A stretch of 64,000 bases of DNA from Octopus vulgaris (GCA_951406725.2 OX597815.1:54126001-54190000); one strand, 5' to 3'. Numbered from the stretch's first letter, positions 25,691 through 40,875 are shown. Notes: generated by a model from the letters alone, not told the origin. Numbers and translations: made by a program.

Positions 25691-28600
25691 GTGAAAGAAG
25701 TTTAGAGCCGACCATAGAAAAAATAAGATCAAAATAATAGATGCTTAACTAACTACTACGCTATATTTGATTAGGCGATCAACTGTTTCTGGCAATCTAA
25801 CGCCCTTGAAAGACAAAAATGTAATCGTTAGATACCCTGATCCCAACATATGCAATTTCTAGTTATAATTATGCTTAGTTCTTAACTCATCTTAGCCAAA
25901 ACTCAGCGACTGATGATATCGATGATTTTGAAATTACCTTAACTAAGATAATTTCAAAGACATTGAAATGGACAAATATTCATAGTTAACATGCTCACAG
26001 CATTACTTCAGATAGTGGATTCTTAGACACTGCGCGAAGATCTCAATAATCACGTTATTAATGCTCCTTATAGCACGAATTCACTTATTGGGCTCTTACA
26101 CAGTCTAAAATGGTTTACAAACTGACAACGTCTAACCCAGCATCCCTTTTGTAACTACAAACTCCCAGGTAAACTGCCTCCTCACCTGAGTCAACTACAG
26201 TGGCTTCTAGTCCTTTCTGAAATGGCTAATTATTTATCTACTTCTCAAACTCTTTTCCTCTGTCTTTTCCTCCCGTCACAATTTACATTCCATTACTGCC
26301 ACATCTCTCAAGCCCGCACGAAACCCCGTAGAGGATCTTCTCTTTGGCCGCTGTAGCTGGTCGAGCAACCATTTGTAAGTATCTCTTTGAATCGATATTT
26401 AAAGCAAATTTCATGACAATCGTGCCATAGTTTCTTACCGAAATTGGATACTATTGTGCTACAGATTCAAGACATAAATACAAGATATGGTAGCAATGAT
26501 TATAACGTAGTTACTATACTTGTTCATCGGTTACCTGGCAGAGCGCAACGACAATGACATAAAATATTTCATACTATTTTGCTTCTCGAGAATTGCTAAA
26601 TAAAATCATATCTCACTTGCTTTATCATATCATCTGCAAAATATAAGAACCTAGGAGCTAACAGAGTTAAACTGTTAAAACTAAAAAACCCAAGAATATG
26701 TAGAAACTTGCTTAATTCTATGCTGTAGTATTTATCCGAAAACTCATGCAAGATTTACGAAAGATTACAGCCATGAAATCTATTCCAACCCACTTCTTAT
26801 TAACTTCCTAATGACAGTTCAGTTTCATTTTGACAAATGTTTTGATGCTAACAGCAGTAATGAAACGCAACATTATTACTTCTGACTCTATTAAGATTGT
26901 AGCACTTAATAATTATGAAGTTATTGCCGCTGTCTCTTCAATTATATTTCTAATCTACTATCATAAATATATGTTCCTACATTTGTATATATCGCAAATA
27001 TCAGAAACAAAGATTTTAACGAAATAATAATGTCAAAATGATACCAGCTACTCTTATCATATAACGATACAATTTAAAGGATCAAGTATAAAAATATGAA
27101 CATTTATTCTTAAATATAGCAAAATTCCATTAATACAGCAGCATAATTTAAAATCTTTTAGTTTATTTGTGTGATGATTGCAAATGTACATAGTACATAT
27201 GTACGATACCCGATGATATTATCTACTTTCAAATCTTTCTCAAGAACATAACTTCAAATAAAATTTAACAATATAAACAGCAAAAGTAAAAAGATATCAC
27301 ATAAATCGGTATGTTCATTGCAAGTAATTCTAATGGATCCCGCTCCTCATGGAGTTTAGAAGGCTTAGAAAAGTGTCAGGACAAACTGAGTCACAAGGAT
27401 GGTTTTGAGTGAACGACTCGAACGATTCTCACTTGAAGCAAATATCCATAACTTATTTTTCTAGGGATATAACAATTGCATGACACTGCCCAAACTTATT
27501 CCAAATCACTTGAGATCCGCAATGTTTCGCATAATTAAAAACAATCCAGTTGTGTCTCCACAGTACGCAGTAATTTTTGCACGCTCAGGTACAAATTAAC
27601 GTTGAGTGTATCATTGATGTATTATTAGTTTTTACTAGGAACTAGCAAAACATAGAGCCAATAATGATATTCGAACAATATTCATAATGAACAATATTCA
27701 TTAAGACTTATGCAAGTCATACGAGGAAAGTTTCATCATAAACAAAACTAAACTTTAAGAAGTATGGCATCGATTTTTACGCAGCAATCAACTACATATA
27801 AGATTTTTAAAAAATTCCAAACTCAAGTAATTCAAAGGGAATCAATAGAAAGAGTTGACAGGCGATAAAAATCTATACGTGTCTCGAATGTACACTTTTC
27901 TATAGGCTTTTCTCTATTTAAATGCTTTCTAAACTGCTCTATTTAAATGTTTCTCCAATATCCGAAATACAATAATTAAGCTCACTAACGATAGACAGTG
28001 GGCTTAGGATATTAAGCTAGACGAAGCATTTTAAATATTAATTTTCAAGATTAAACTGACGAAACTGAAGTAATTTTGTTTGCAATATTTCAAAGAATGG
28101 TGATGCTATAACGGAAACTAATTAATCTAAACTATCAGGCTTTAAATTATTATTTTCAAAGATCATTGCCAGACAGCTTACATTGATTGATTTGTGAAAC
28201 ATTCTAAAGAAATTATTAGAGAGAATGACGTGAAGATTGAAAGACTTAAACCGTTTGTACACACACATACACAGTGTTTTCCTCCTCGATGTTTTTCCTA
28301 TCTTATCACTTAGAAAGCATTGCTTCCTTTCATATTTAAATATGTAAATAGTCATTTAATTCTTAATTATACAAATTACATATAACATACGCAGCCGATG
28401 ACGTCGAGGAAGATATTAAAGTAATATATCTTCATTTAGTTAACGCTTCATATCTAAACTGTTGTGTACAAATGGCTATCACTACCAACAGTAACCCTAT
28501 CAATAATCATAATAGCAGTTTTGTTTTTCAGAGTCACATCTTATATCTCCAGGGGTTTTGTCTGTTTTCCTTGTGTTACATAAATAGGAGGTAATCATTT

Positions 28601-30039
28601 TCTTTGGTTCGGTGCTACTATATGTGAGGTACCACGTTTTCCATATGAGAATTTAAATTACAAATTTTGGTGTTATTTGTGGGCTTGCTACAGTTGATCG
28701 CGAATAGTTAAATGCCTTCCCTAGATTACAAATATTTTATAAATCCGGTGATAATCTCTTAATCTCTCTCTCTATCTATCTATCTGTTTATCTCTCATAT
28801 CTCTGCGTATTTGTGTGCATCACTATTTACAAAGATATATTGGAATTAGTTGGTCAGTTGATGACTCAGCTGATACGTAGTGCACATGCATTCGTTCCGG
28901 CATTACTTGTTCAATGGAGCTGTAGATTAGCTGAGGACTGGCTGAGGCGGGTCTCACTAGTGAAGGATGATCAGTTGATGCAATATTTAGCAAACCAGAG
29001 ATAGCTACGTTACCAGTAGGATCGTCTACTCTGTTTGAATGGAAACCATGGAGACTATACGTGCAGTTGATAAAGATTGTTATGCTCTGGCACCTGCTGT
29101 GTCAACTGGTGATAGATTTCCATGAGTATGATAATTGTTCAGGGAAGGAAAATCACTTGCTGCTTATTTTTATATTTGATATTTGTCAGTTAGGCATAGC
29201 CTACAGTTACAGACTATGTTCAATGTTCTTGAGATACGTTTTTATCCACTCTTTTTGAGTTTCCTGACGATTTCCTATCCCTTGTCCAAATGAAACCCTA
29301 TCTCATAATTGCAGAATCTCTCAAACTCCCAGCGTCTGTGGAGCTCTATTGAAACAAATTATACGAATTTTAACAAAATATCAGCTTTTATACACATTTA
29401 GATTGAGGAACATGCAACCCTCCACTAGTCAGTTTTAAATCACTCGGAAACTCATGGACTTCAAATTCAAACGTACCTTAATAACATTGAGCAACAAAAC
29501 CACTCCATGACCTAGCCCAAACCAGTAAACTATGCCAGAGAAATTCCAGATATCATAATAACCAATGTTAATATTCAACCTATGGACAGCTAACCCACCG
29601 TCGAAAATCTGCAATAGGTTGGCGATTGTAGCAGCTTTTGACGACCGCACTGTTATTCAGGATGTTCTCCCTCACTACTCCTGTCTTGGAAACAAGCAAT
29701 TTATCGCTAGTTGTTACGTATCTCAGTACTTCACTGGTCTTAACCAACGAAAATCTGTTTGATCGGTCGTATATCTGTTTGGTTGGTCAATATACCACTT
29801 TATTCATCGAGTGTTACCTGAGTGTGTGCAACCACCCTAAAGTGAACCTCCGACTTGTGCTGAGGTGCATCTGATTTATACTGCATGTAAATACTAAATT
29901 CCATTACAACATGCATTTATTAATATTCTTTCGTTTGTAAATAAAAATTACACGCACATGCTCACCCACATATATACAGAGAGAAGGCGAGAGAGAGAAA
30001 TGGCTGGATAGCTGAATGAATGGATGGATAAATGGACAG

Positions 30040-30055
30040 ACAGACAGACAGACAA

Positions 30056-30147
<92 letters not shown>
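30040..30147. repeat. (GACA)n/(GATA)n microsatellite
   Basis: Seen directly. Confidence 0.95.
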
Positions 30148-30148
<1 letters not shown>

Positions 30149-31573
30149 GGATAAGGTGAATAAGAGGAGCGAGATAAATGTGTAGGTATTGGCAAGAAGC
30201 TAATCATTGTTTTATATATTGAATCACAAAAGATCAGGAATAATCTATAAATGAGAAAGAAAATAAATAATGACAACGACGTCTAGAATGTGAACATTTG
30301 AACATTCATTATGCAATCATAGATAGGATTAGCATCTATTAACTCAAAAGCACAAGTGTCGTTATTAACTAAAGAGTATAACAATGTCTCCTCTAATTTA
30401 CAATTAAGAATCACAATCAAGGTAATGAATGAGAAAGTCGATCAAAATCTTGTCATGCTTCAAAGTCCTTTGCTTACAATTGATTTTCATACTTCCATGC
30501 AGCGTCCCTCTGAAATCATCTTCGCGTTCCTAAATAGATTTAAGTTCGTAAAAAGTACAAGCTTCATAAAATCGTTCTAAACTATATACACTTAAGTCGT
30601 ACTCAAGCATATAAAACTTACCTTTCTATCTGCCTGTCTATCTATCTATCTATCTATCTATACATCTCTTTATCTGTTTGTCTGTCTGTATCTCTTTCTC
30701 TCTTTCTCTTTCTTACCCCTTCTCTCTCTTTATGTCTCCCTCTATTTACATGCTAATCGAATTTTTTCATGGTTAAAGGTTTTCTGCTTCAATTCTGGAT
30801 CCTTTGATATCTGTGTTTTGCAAAGATTATCTCTAGCGAAGGACGCAATCACCACTGTTACACCTATCGTGTGACCTAAGTAGTAATATGCCATCGCTTG
30901 AGATGCTCGAGATCTCCAATTGCCTAGACGACAATGATTCCCACCACCACCAACATCTAAGATCTATATCCCACATTGACATTGCAAAAGATAGCTATGC
31001 AACTATGCTTTATAGCAGTGTTGGGGATGCTTTTTTCCAGTATCGCTAAGTTAGTTTTGAAGGGGATATATCCAGTAGCAAGGGTAATCTAAGCTCAGTG
31101 GTACTTCCTACCATCGATCATAACATTTTTATATCAGGATGTTCTCTGCTAGCCTTTCTCTAAACTTTTGTAAAGTACTACAGACTAGTAACGAGGAGTA
31201 ATTAATAAGAGTCAGAATATATCAACCACTGCATATATAGGACCAACTGAGGCTTCGATAACCTCTACCAAGTTAATCTGAAAGCATAAAATATCTAGTC
31301 ATAGGGGATGGCTTAAAGAAGTCTGGTATAAGAACTGTGAGAGAGAACTTGAATACTACATAGTAAAATTTCCACTAAAAATTGAAACGATCGTAACTGA
31401 TCAATAAATGTAATACAATCGTCAGCTTTCCTTTCTTTACTTCTCTTTCTACATATATGTATATATGTACACACTTATGCCCGAAAAGAATGGTCCGATC
31501 AAACATTCGATTTTTATTAAATTATTTAACTCACAGCTTTTAAAGTTTTAACCTTGTGATTCGATTCTATTAA

Positions 31574-31656
31574 CTCTGATGAGAGAAATATAGAGTATTG
31601 CTATGGGTGGAGTTAGCTCGCCATAGCAACCTATATATTTTCGAAACCGCCGTAAG
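31574..31656 (+). ncRNA. Type I hammerhead ribozyme motif with 60-nt stem II, weak stem I
   Basis: CTGATGA(31576)-GAGAAATATAG..TTGCTATGG..GAG/CTC..CCATAGCAA..CTATATATTTTC-GAAA-C-CGCC-GTA; only 2 bp of stem I (CT/AG) remain. Confidence 0.7.
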
Positions 31657-32092
31657 GCTTTATACATAGACTTTATACATGTTCCAGACCCTTTATGAAT
31701 CCTTTTACATCTGTTTTACCATCGTCTACATTGATTCAAATTCAAACATTCGGACTTCGCAAGTACATTTATGGACTTATATTCTTATATATTTATATTT
31801 ATGAACTTTTATGCGTTTATGGATTTTTATATGTGTATGAATTTTTATATATTTATAAATTTTCGTGTATATGTAGTTATAAATTCTTAGAAATTTTTTT
31901 ATATATCATAGAGATGAATGTTTCTATGTATGTACTTCGTATACCATGGAGAATTTCGTTAATATGGATTGAATGAATCGACCTTTGAATTTGTTTTCTC
32001 TCGTCCTTAATTTTATATTCCTGAAGCATTATCAGAGCGGTAAACGGTTGAACTGTATAAAATGGATATCTACATCACTTATTTCTTCATTG

Positions 32093-32169
<77 letters not shown>

Positions 32170-32333
32170 CTACACACATAATTATCTTTATATAAATATA
32201 AAGATATTTATATATTCATCTTTTATCTGTTGCTGCTGGGCAACACCTTGTAGAATTTTAGGCGAATATATGTGTGTGCGCGCATGCGTGTGTGCATTTG
32301 CACGTGCATGCGTACATGTGTGTGTGTGTGTGT

Positions 32334-32415
32334 GACGGGCTTCTTTCAGTTTCCGTCTTCCAAATCCATTATATTTTGCGGGCAAACTTCTTACCACACA
32401 GCCAACTCTGCGACT
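32334..32415 (-). mobile_element. SINE family A head, internally deleted
   Basis: gacgggcttctttcagtttccgtcttccaaatcc...cttcttaccacacagcca. Confidence 0.75.
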
Positions 32416-33324
32416 ATGATTAATATCATTTTAATTATTTCCTAAGAACGGCAGATACATTATTACATTTGTAATTCGGACCTTATTAGTGAAGCGTAGC
32501 CCTCACTCTATTTACCACAATAATGTTGGAGAAATTGTTTTCTAAATGTACCAAATTTTAACAGATGGGTATCTTAAGTGGAATTGTTTACTGAATAAAT
32601 ACTTCAAAGCATGCATGGTATAAACAATGAGAATTATTTATACACATCAGAGTTTAATTCAGACATTTTTGTTTCACTAGGATTCTGACTTCGCTATTCG
32701 TCAGGAGAAGCATAACAAAGAACATTTATAGCAGCTATCTAGATTGATAATGTATTTCTGTCTGTGGTTAAGTATAAAAGGTATGCATAATTTAGCCCTG
32801 TGAAATATTGGTAATTAATCTTACTGGCATATGCACAAGGCAACAATCTTTCGGATGGATTTTTATTCAAACTTAGTACTGATTGCTGTAGCCTGGAATA
32901 ATAAAAGGCTAGCCGTACAGGATGTAATTTGAACTAAGAAAATACAGAGATGTAACTAAATACTCTAAGATATTTTTATCCACTGCTCTATTAAATTCTG
33001 TCATGTACAACCCTTGAACACAGCAGAACTAACAGAGCCGTGGATAACCATAACTGTAGCAGAAACAATAAGTATTAGTTATGGTATCACATATGTAATT
33101 TTATAGTATTAACGTCTCCATCGTTCACATGAAGTAACTTGATAGACAACGACAAATATGACATCTATGCAAAGAATCAATGATAACTACTATTGTTATT
33201 TGCCGAGAGAGATACTTACGGGCTGAAGGCAATTTAAAATGAGAAGTGTTCAGCCAGGTCATTCTAAACTGCGTCAAACGTCAGCACTCAAGAAACGTCA
33301 GTTATGTATTAATATTATCAATAA

Positions 33325-33724
33325 CAGGAGTGGCTGTGTGGTAAGTAGCTTGTTTACCAACCACATAGTTCCGGGTTCAGTCCCACTGCGTGGCACCTTG
33401 GGCAAGCGTCTTCTACTATAGCCTCGGGCCGACCAAAGCCTTGTGAGTGGATTTGGTAGACGGAAACTGAAAAGAAGCCCGTCGTATATATGTATATATA
33501 TATATATGCATGTGTGTGTTTGTGTGTCTGTGTTTGTCCCCCTAGCATTGCTTGACAACCGATGCTGGTGTGTTTATGTCCCCGTTACTTAGCGGTTCGG
33601 CTAAAGAGACCAATAGAATAAGTACTGGACTTACAAAAGAATAAGTCCCGGGGTCGAGTTGCTCGATTGAAGGCGGTGCTCCAGCATGGCCGCAGTCAAA
33701 TGACTGAAATAAGTAAAAGAGTAA
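33325..33724 (+). mobile_element. SINE family A, full length (approx. 400 bp, internal TA/TG microsatellite)
   Basis: A-box-like tggctgtgtgg, B-box-like ggttcagtcc, ccttgggcaag segment, tail ...gactgaaataagtaaaaga; near-identical to 38065 and 53398 copies. Confidence 0.93.
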
Positions 33725-34681
33725 CAAATTTGTTAATCACTTCCAATAGTTTTGATTGCATTTCCACACAACCGCACTCGATACACTTCTGGATGAAAGC
33801 TTCAGCATGCTATTGCCGACTTACTTATAGTGGGTGCTGGCCGCTCTCTCCACGCTGGTCATTTGTGACCGAGTGCATGAGAGATTGAGGAAATTATAAG
33901 GAAGAAAATGATTGAGTGATAGTGAATATGTGTAGAAGAGACAGTCAGTGCCTATAATCGCATTCATATCTGCTGTACGGAAATAAATAATAGCACCAAC
34001 ACCCTGTAGATAAACTGTGGTTATACATTCAAATCTAAAGCACAGGAATAAAAGGCCTGGCTTTTAACTAGCTTGGTAGCTGGCTTTAAGAACTGACATT
34101 TAGTGTACTGGAGAGCAATAAAAGGTAAACATAAAAGAAATTCTGGTTTAGATCATTTCATGTTTTATGTGTCTTTGCATGTTATACAGCAGCAATTAAA
34201 TAAAGAAAGAAAAAGGAAACCAAACAAGATGGAGATAAAGAAATTAAAAGACAGGAAGAATAAGAAATAAGAAGTAAGCAAGAAATAGAAAGAAATTGGT
34301 AAATTTGGGAAAATATATAGGAAAAAAACGTATAATAAAAACCACGATGTACATAATAAAAGTAAATAATTGAAAAGAGAAGTGTTTGGTTCTTTCAAGA
34401 AAGAACTTCAATATATGTTGGATTTCAATGATATGGATAATCATTTCTGTTAAACTGATCAAAGAGTTCAGTCTACCTAGCTAGTTCGGTAAATGTACTG
34501 GTTGTAGTAGTGATGGGAGTGCTATATTTTTTTCATTTCGATCTTTAATGGTGTTTACTATAGGTCAAATAAATAGTTAAAAAGCATGTACACACTACAC
34601 ACATAATATAGCTACCTGCATACCTACCTACTTATCTATTTAACAATCTCCCTAATTACAGTATTCTCTTCCAATACATAT

Positions 34682-34772
<91 letters not shown>

Positions 34773-34795
34773 TGTGCAATATATATATATATATG

Positions 34796-35165
34796 TATGT
34801 ATGCAATGTCTGTGCAAGACCCTGCCTCAGTAAAGCTGGACTCATGAGTCATCTTCGTAGTCATAAAACGAGACAGATGAGTGACAACTTGGCCATTGGT
34901 GGTGGTGTAACACACCATACTAATCATATCTGTCGGGCATGTGGAAGAGAGTGTAATTCGGTAGGAGGACTTAAACGACATGCAAAGGTACATGAAGCCC
35001 AGTTACAACTACAGCCGGCTATTACCAGTAAAGGTTTTAGTTGTCAATTTTGTACAAGACATTGTAGATCTTTGGCTGGACTAAAAAGTCACATTCGATC
35101 ACAGCACCAGTAACAGTTAAGCTTCGTGCAATGGCCATACTCGATAACGAGGGGACAGCCATAAT
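34796..35165 (+). mobile_element. 3' end of an RTE-like LINE: three C2H2 zinc fingers, stop at 35113, short 3' tail
   Basis: CNVCARPCLSKAGLMSHLRSH, CRACGRECNSVGGLKRHAKVH, CQFCTRHCRSLAGLKSHIRSQH*; no TGEKP linkers; CxxCxRxxxxxxGLxSHxRxH resembles the RTE ORF2 C-terminus; microsatellites on both sides. Confidence 0.7.
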
Positions 35166-35269
35166 ATATATGTGTATATATATATATAAACATATGAATA
35201 CATATATCCATATACATGTATATGTGTGTTTGTATGAGAGAGAAAGGGAGAGAGACGGAAAGGAAGAAA

Positions 35270-35275
35270 CAAAAA

Positions 35276-35318
<43 letters not shown>

Positions 35319-35362
35319 GACGAAAAAAAGAAAGAAAGAAAGAAAGAAAGAAAAAAGAAAGA
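35270..35362. repeat. (GAAA)n microsatellite
   Basis: Seen directly. Confidence 0.9.
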
Positions 35363-38064
35363 AACAGAGAGGCCTTATCCTTTGTATTTGTAATTCACAG
35401 TACCTTATGTTATGGTTTCATGTGAAGTAAGAAGTATTTGTTCTTTGAAATGATGCCCAATTCTTTTCATTTGGTCAATTAGTTTTATGGCGTATAGAAA
35501 ATCAGTTTACTCTAAAATTTCTTTACATCTTTATACGACATATGCGTTTGTCGATCTGATTTAGTTTGGAGACTATCAGGATAATTCATGTTGATGATGG
35601 TTACATTGTAACGTTTTATTCTTTCAAGACTTGATATTAGCAATCTTTGAGTCACTGAATTTATTTTCCTTTGTTTTAATATTTTTAGGTTCATCTCTAT
35701 CGATTATAACTTTACGTCCTTGCATGACTATAAGTGTAAGCAAAGAATTGCTACTTTATCTGTGTTGTTTTATTTCATCAAAAGACAAAATACCGAATAC
35801 AATATCTGTAACAAAACTGCATATATGTACTTAATATAATGTCAAAATTTTTGGAATACTAATGAAAACAATAAGGGTACCAGAACCGGTGATTTCACGT
35901 CTTTATCAGACAGTGACTGATTTCCTGAAGAATATCTTTTGCATTTATTTGTATTTTGTGTATTTTCTTATCTTTCTATCAGATTCTAGTCTTCCGTTTA
36001 TATTCCGCTCCCAAGCTATCTCCATTTCTCCTTTTCTTTCACAGATTGACTCTCTTTTTATTTCTCACAACACTCTTTGCATTTGTCATACAAATTGTAA
36101 AAGCTCATTAGCCAAAGTGAACTAGACTGGAACTACATTTATATTGATTTCATATTGCTCTTTCCTTACGTTCCCGTCTGGCTATATTTGACCAAATGAA
36201 GTTTAGTTATCTTCCTTCTATAAATTCATTTGTAATCACTATTTATCTGCCTTTGTTCTTTCCAGTGTTTATCACAACAGTTAAGCACTTATTATTTTCC
36301 TTCTATAGTACACTGTCAATATTGTTTTGTTATTAAACATTCTTTCTATTATATGTATACATAAGGGTATCAATAACCAAAACAGTAACATATGAATTCA
36401 AAACAATATCTTATTTTATATATATTTAAATTTAAAATTTGACTCCACCAACAGCATACAATATGAATTTCATACATGATTCATGTCAACTCGTGAAATA
36501 TAAAATAATTTCCGTTGTCATACCATTTACGGATGGGTAATTTCTGATTAAAATCGTGAGAATTTTATGAATTTCGATACGTTAAATGTTTTTCTGGAGT
36601 GACTGTTTTCCTAGGTGGTCCTCAATATGTTAATACAACATATTTTGTGATAAATATTTACTGAGAAAAGAGATGGAAATAAACTTATTGCTTATATCTG
36701 GTAAACAAGTGACACATCCATAAATATAAATTTATTTTTAATTTTAGACTGAGAAAAGAGAAGAGAGTTCAAACGTTTTGGGGGCTTCTTCATTCTGAAC
36801 CCTAAAAGGAAACTAAGTGACAAGATAATGTTATTGAATTTATTGTAAATGAGTAACTGAAGAGGGGAGTGATGCACTTGGACATGATTTAGGATGATTT
36901 AAATATAGTTTAGTCTAATATTTCGAACACTAGTTCTTGTTTGGCCAGCTTCGCAAATTCTAGTAATTGATTTGTATTCTGGATAGCCACGTAACGGGAT
37001 AATCGCAATCCAGGTTTCAAGTAATTTGAATTTATTTACATTGTGTATGAATAAAAATGTTATAGACTTCATATTACTTATTCATTCAGCTTCAAAAATA
37101 TAGTGATTTTAGGGAAAAAAAAAATATATAAGTGATCCATAACTGTTTCAGTACACACTTTTGGAGAGGATTAAATATTAACTAGTCAAAGATTAGTTTA
37201 TGATCTTTTAATCTTGTGAGTATTAATATTTCAACGAAAATTCCACAAAGATTTCAGTTGGCAATTTTCATTCTCATCAGTATCATCTCACTTTAAATTC
37301 GCGTAGAATGTCAATTAATTGGCATGTATTCTGTAGGCGTTTTGGAATTTTTTGTTGGCTATCAGATGACGATAGAGATCTATCAAACCTGTGTTATTAT
37401 ATTGCATGAAAGGTTTCTGCAAATAAATGAATTAGGCTTCTAAATTGCAGTTATGTCATTAAATTAGAAAAAAATAACAAAGCATACAAGCGAACAGGAA
37501 ACAACATGACAAAATCGCTGAAGCACTGATATTGTTAAAACAGAATTCGTTCGGCCATATCATTTTTCTATAGCTGCTTTTCAATTTCTGCTTTTAAAAT
37601 TCAATAATGAGGTGCGGCGTAGTGAAAGGTTTAATGAGTAGAGACAAGATTCAATGAACTACAGGACATTAATTTCCTACACATGCTTGCAGCGAGAGAT
37701 GTCTTTGAATTGTTTAGAACTTATTATCTTCAGACTAAACAATAAAGATTATACTAATCATCACTGCCCACTAAACAACCTGAAATGTAATGTTAACGAT
37801 TAAAATAGTAAGATTTCAAGAAATTCACAGATATATTGTTCAATACAATGAGCAAATAATTTCTTCAGTTGTACGAGCAATTAAAAAAATGAAAAGGAGA
37901 CGAAGAGAATAGTGGCTTAAATATATATATGTGAATGTGCGTGCGCATGTATGTGGTTATGTACCAATGTGCATGTTTGTGTGTGTGTGTATATATCAAT
38001 ACACCTACGCACATCAGAAACAAACAAACAAGCGAACATAAATCATTTCTCATTTTTTTTATCA

Positions 38065-38452
38065 TTTTTACTTGTTTCAGTCATTTGACTGCGGCCATGC
38101 TGGAGCACCGCCTTTAGTCGAGCAAATCGACCCCGGGACTTATTTTTTGTAAGCCCAGTACTTATTCTATCGGTCTCTTTTGCCGAACCGCTAAGTAACG
38201 GGGACGTAAACACACCAGCATCGGTTGTCAAGCAATGCTAGGGAGACAAACACAGACACACAAACACACACATATATATATATATATACGACAGGCTTCT
38301 TTCAGTTTCCATCTACCAAATCCACTCATAAGGCATTGGTCGGCCCGGGGCTATAGCAGAAGACACTTGCCCAAGATGCCATGCAGTGGGACTGAACCCG
38401 GAACCATGTGGTTGGTTAGCAAGCTACTTACCACACAGCCACTCCTGCACCT
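38065..38452 (-). mobile_element. SINE family A, full length
   Basis: Reverse complement of 33325-33724 with few differences. Confidence 0.93.
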
Positions 38453-39334
38453 ATATGCGCACAATATACAGAAGAATACGACACACCGTATATTAAAATA
38501 TTATAAAGCAGAGACGATAACTTCAAATTATAAAAGAAAAAGAAATTAATCGACTGGTCGATACGATCTTGCCTTCCGAGAACTTTATTATTAAGATACA
38601 GGGGTTATTTGTCCAAGAAAGTTTTAAAATGTGTATCATGTATACAATTGTATCCTTTCTTTGAATTTCTACTTTATGCTGATATATACTGCGTGCCTAA
38701 CCAGGTCATACTTATACAATGTACATGGTACCATGAAAGTATTAGTAGCTAGTACATATGCAAAGACAATATAGACACAATAATTAATACACGCTTATAA
38801 CGATTTTATTTTTATTTCACCGTCCTCGTAGGACTGGAATTGCAAAATGCTCGTTAATGTCAGGTAGATAATTCAGGATATTTCGCACTCCGTGCCGATA
38901 TCTGTTTGTACGTGTGTGTGTGTTTGTCTGTGTGTGTGTCTGTCCGTCTGTGTGTCTGTTCGTGCGTGTATGTGCGTGCGCGCGCATGTGAGTGTGTGTT
39001 CTGTTGTGTGTATGCATACATGTTTCACCGCAGTATTTATACGGTTTGTGCTGTGTTTCATACAAAAGAGTAGCTTCATTTTAATATATGCATATAGATT
39101 GTATGAGAGTAGGCATTTGTGCTTACATTTGCGCTTGTGGCAGAAAGTTTACATATCAATTACCTCTGTCTCAACGTTTCTGTGCTTTCCAGCGGTTCTA
39201 TAATTTCACACACTCGCATACACATATCCATTAAAACACATATGTACTTACCTCGTTTACATATACACAATCACTCAAGAGCATAAACACACCAACACTT
39301 ATAGACATACACGTATACACACATGCATATCTAG

Positions 39335-39399
<65 letters not shown>

Positions 39400-39499
39400 C
39401 ATACATACATACATACATACCACCATGCAAATATTGTGGGTGCCTATAGGTAGGTGCCTATCTATACCAGGCGCGCGCGTGTATCTGTGTACATGTGTC

Positions 39500-39835
39500 T
39501 GTATTCCCAAACACATTGTTTCGAATTTAGTTTCATTGCATGGCGTCTTCGGTTAGTGGCTTTTACTAAAGTTCCTGACCTTGTGCGTGGATTTCATCAA
39601 CGGAAACCGAAAAAGTTCGTTACGCCCCCCACATACACACACACTCACACAAACATTTATACACATATACACGGGTGAGCACACGTGTATACGCGCGAGC
39701 GCTTTCTTGTTTTGACATCGCATGATAGTTGATCGAGGTTAGCGACAGGAAAGTCATTCAGCTGTAAAAACATAGCCTCAGTGAATACCACCTGTCTTAT
39801 GTAAACATTGAAAAGTGAGCGTTAAACGATGATGA
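39500..39835 (+). mobile_element. Old SINE related to the family A head with a different tail
   Basis: ttcccaaacacattgtttcg...ccttgtgcgtggattt..aacggaaaccgaaa; ends aaaagtgagcgttaaacgatgatgatg. Confidence 0.5.
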
Positions 39836-40875
39836 TGGTAAATGTATACGTATATATAAGCTAGATAAGCTTAGATGTTGGAGTTCTGTTCTTCCACATT
39901 GTCCTTTGATGACTTCTCCAGGGCTTGTAGTCATCAGTGAAAAAGAAGGCCCAGCACAGTAGCTTGGGTGACATTAGTAATGACTTATCTGGTCGTGAGT
40001 AAATTTGGTCGATCATGTAGAGTTCTGTTCGTCATGAAACTTTGATCCATTGCGGTAACTTTCCACAGACTTCAGAGCGCAATAATTTCTTTTGCAAAAT
40101 GTTATGGCTGGGTATGACTAAAGCTTTACTAAAGTGAAGAGCGTTTGGACTGTGATATTAGGAATAGTGCTCAATAGTTGGTCAAGAGCACTTTTGATGA
40201 TTTGTTGGCTCAAGCACGGTTTGGAACAGGAAAAATGCCATTAATAATATTAAAGTGTCCCTATTATTACTTCAACCGCGTTGTCTGCATTCGTGAATAT
40301 GTATGCGTACACGTGCGTGTGCGTGTAAATAGGTATGTGGGAAGCTAAATAAGTGCTAAATGATTTGTACAAGTGAAATTTCAGACGAAGCTACTGAAAC
40401 GCGGATAAATAACATACATGCTTCCTCTCTCGCACACATGTGCACATACATGGAAGCACATACACATGCGCACACATATATATTCACTCATACATGTAGA
40501 CATATACATTCATAGGTATAGATAGTGAGAATGCAAAGCACAACGAAACTATAATTCTAAGAAGACATACACGTCTGCGCGCACACACACACACACACAC
40601 ACACATGCCACACACACACACATACACACACACACACACACAAACACACACGCATACACGCACACATAATCAAAAGTGTGCAAAATTTATATAATTCTGT
40701 GACTTGCCTCTGAGCCAAACCGCAATAAATCAATTTTGCGACAGCCTCTCACATGATGCAGACGAGAGTACTTCATTGATGAGGTCAGAAGTGGCTTAGA
40801 AAGGAATCTGACGAACCAACTGATTGATTGATCAAAAGATTAGCCAAAGCAATCGACTAGTTTATTAATTGACTG

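Noticed and set aside
29264-29302. CTGACGA...GAAAC hammerhead-like string
   Set aside because: Stem II register and stems I/III do not pair properly
33325-33400. tRNA gene
   Set aside because: A/B-box-like motifs belong to a multi-copy SINE head; no cloverleaf
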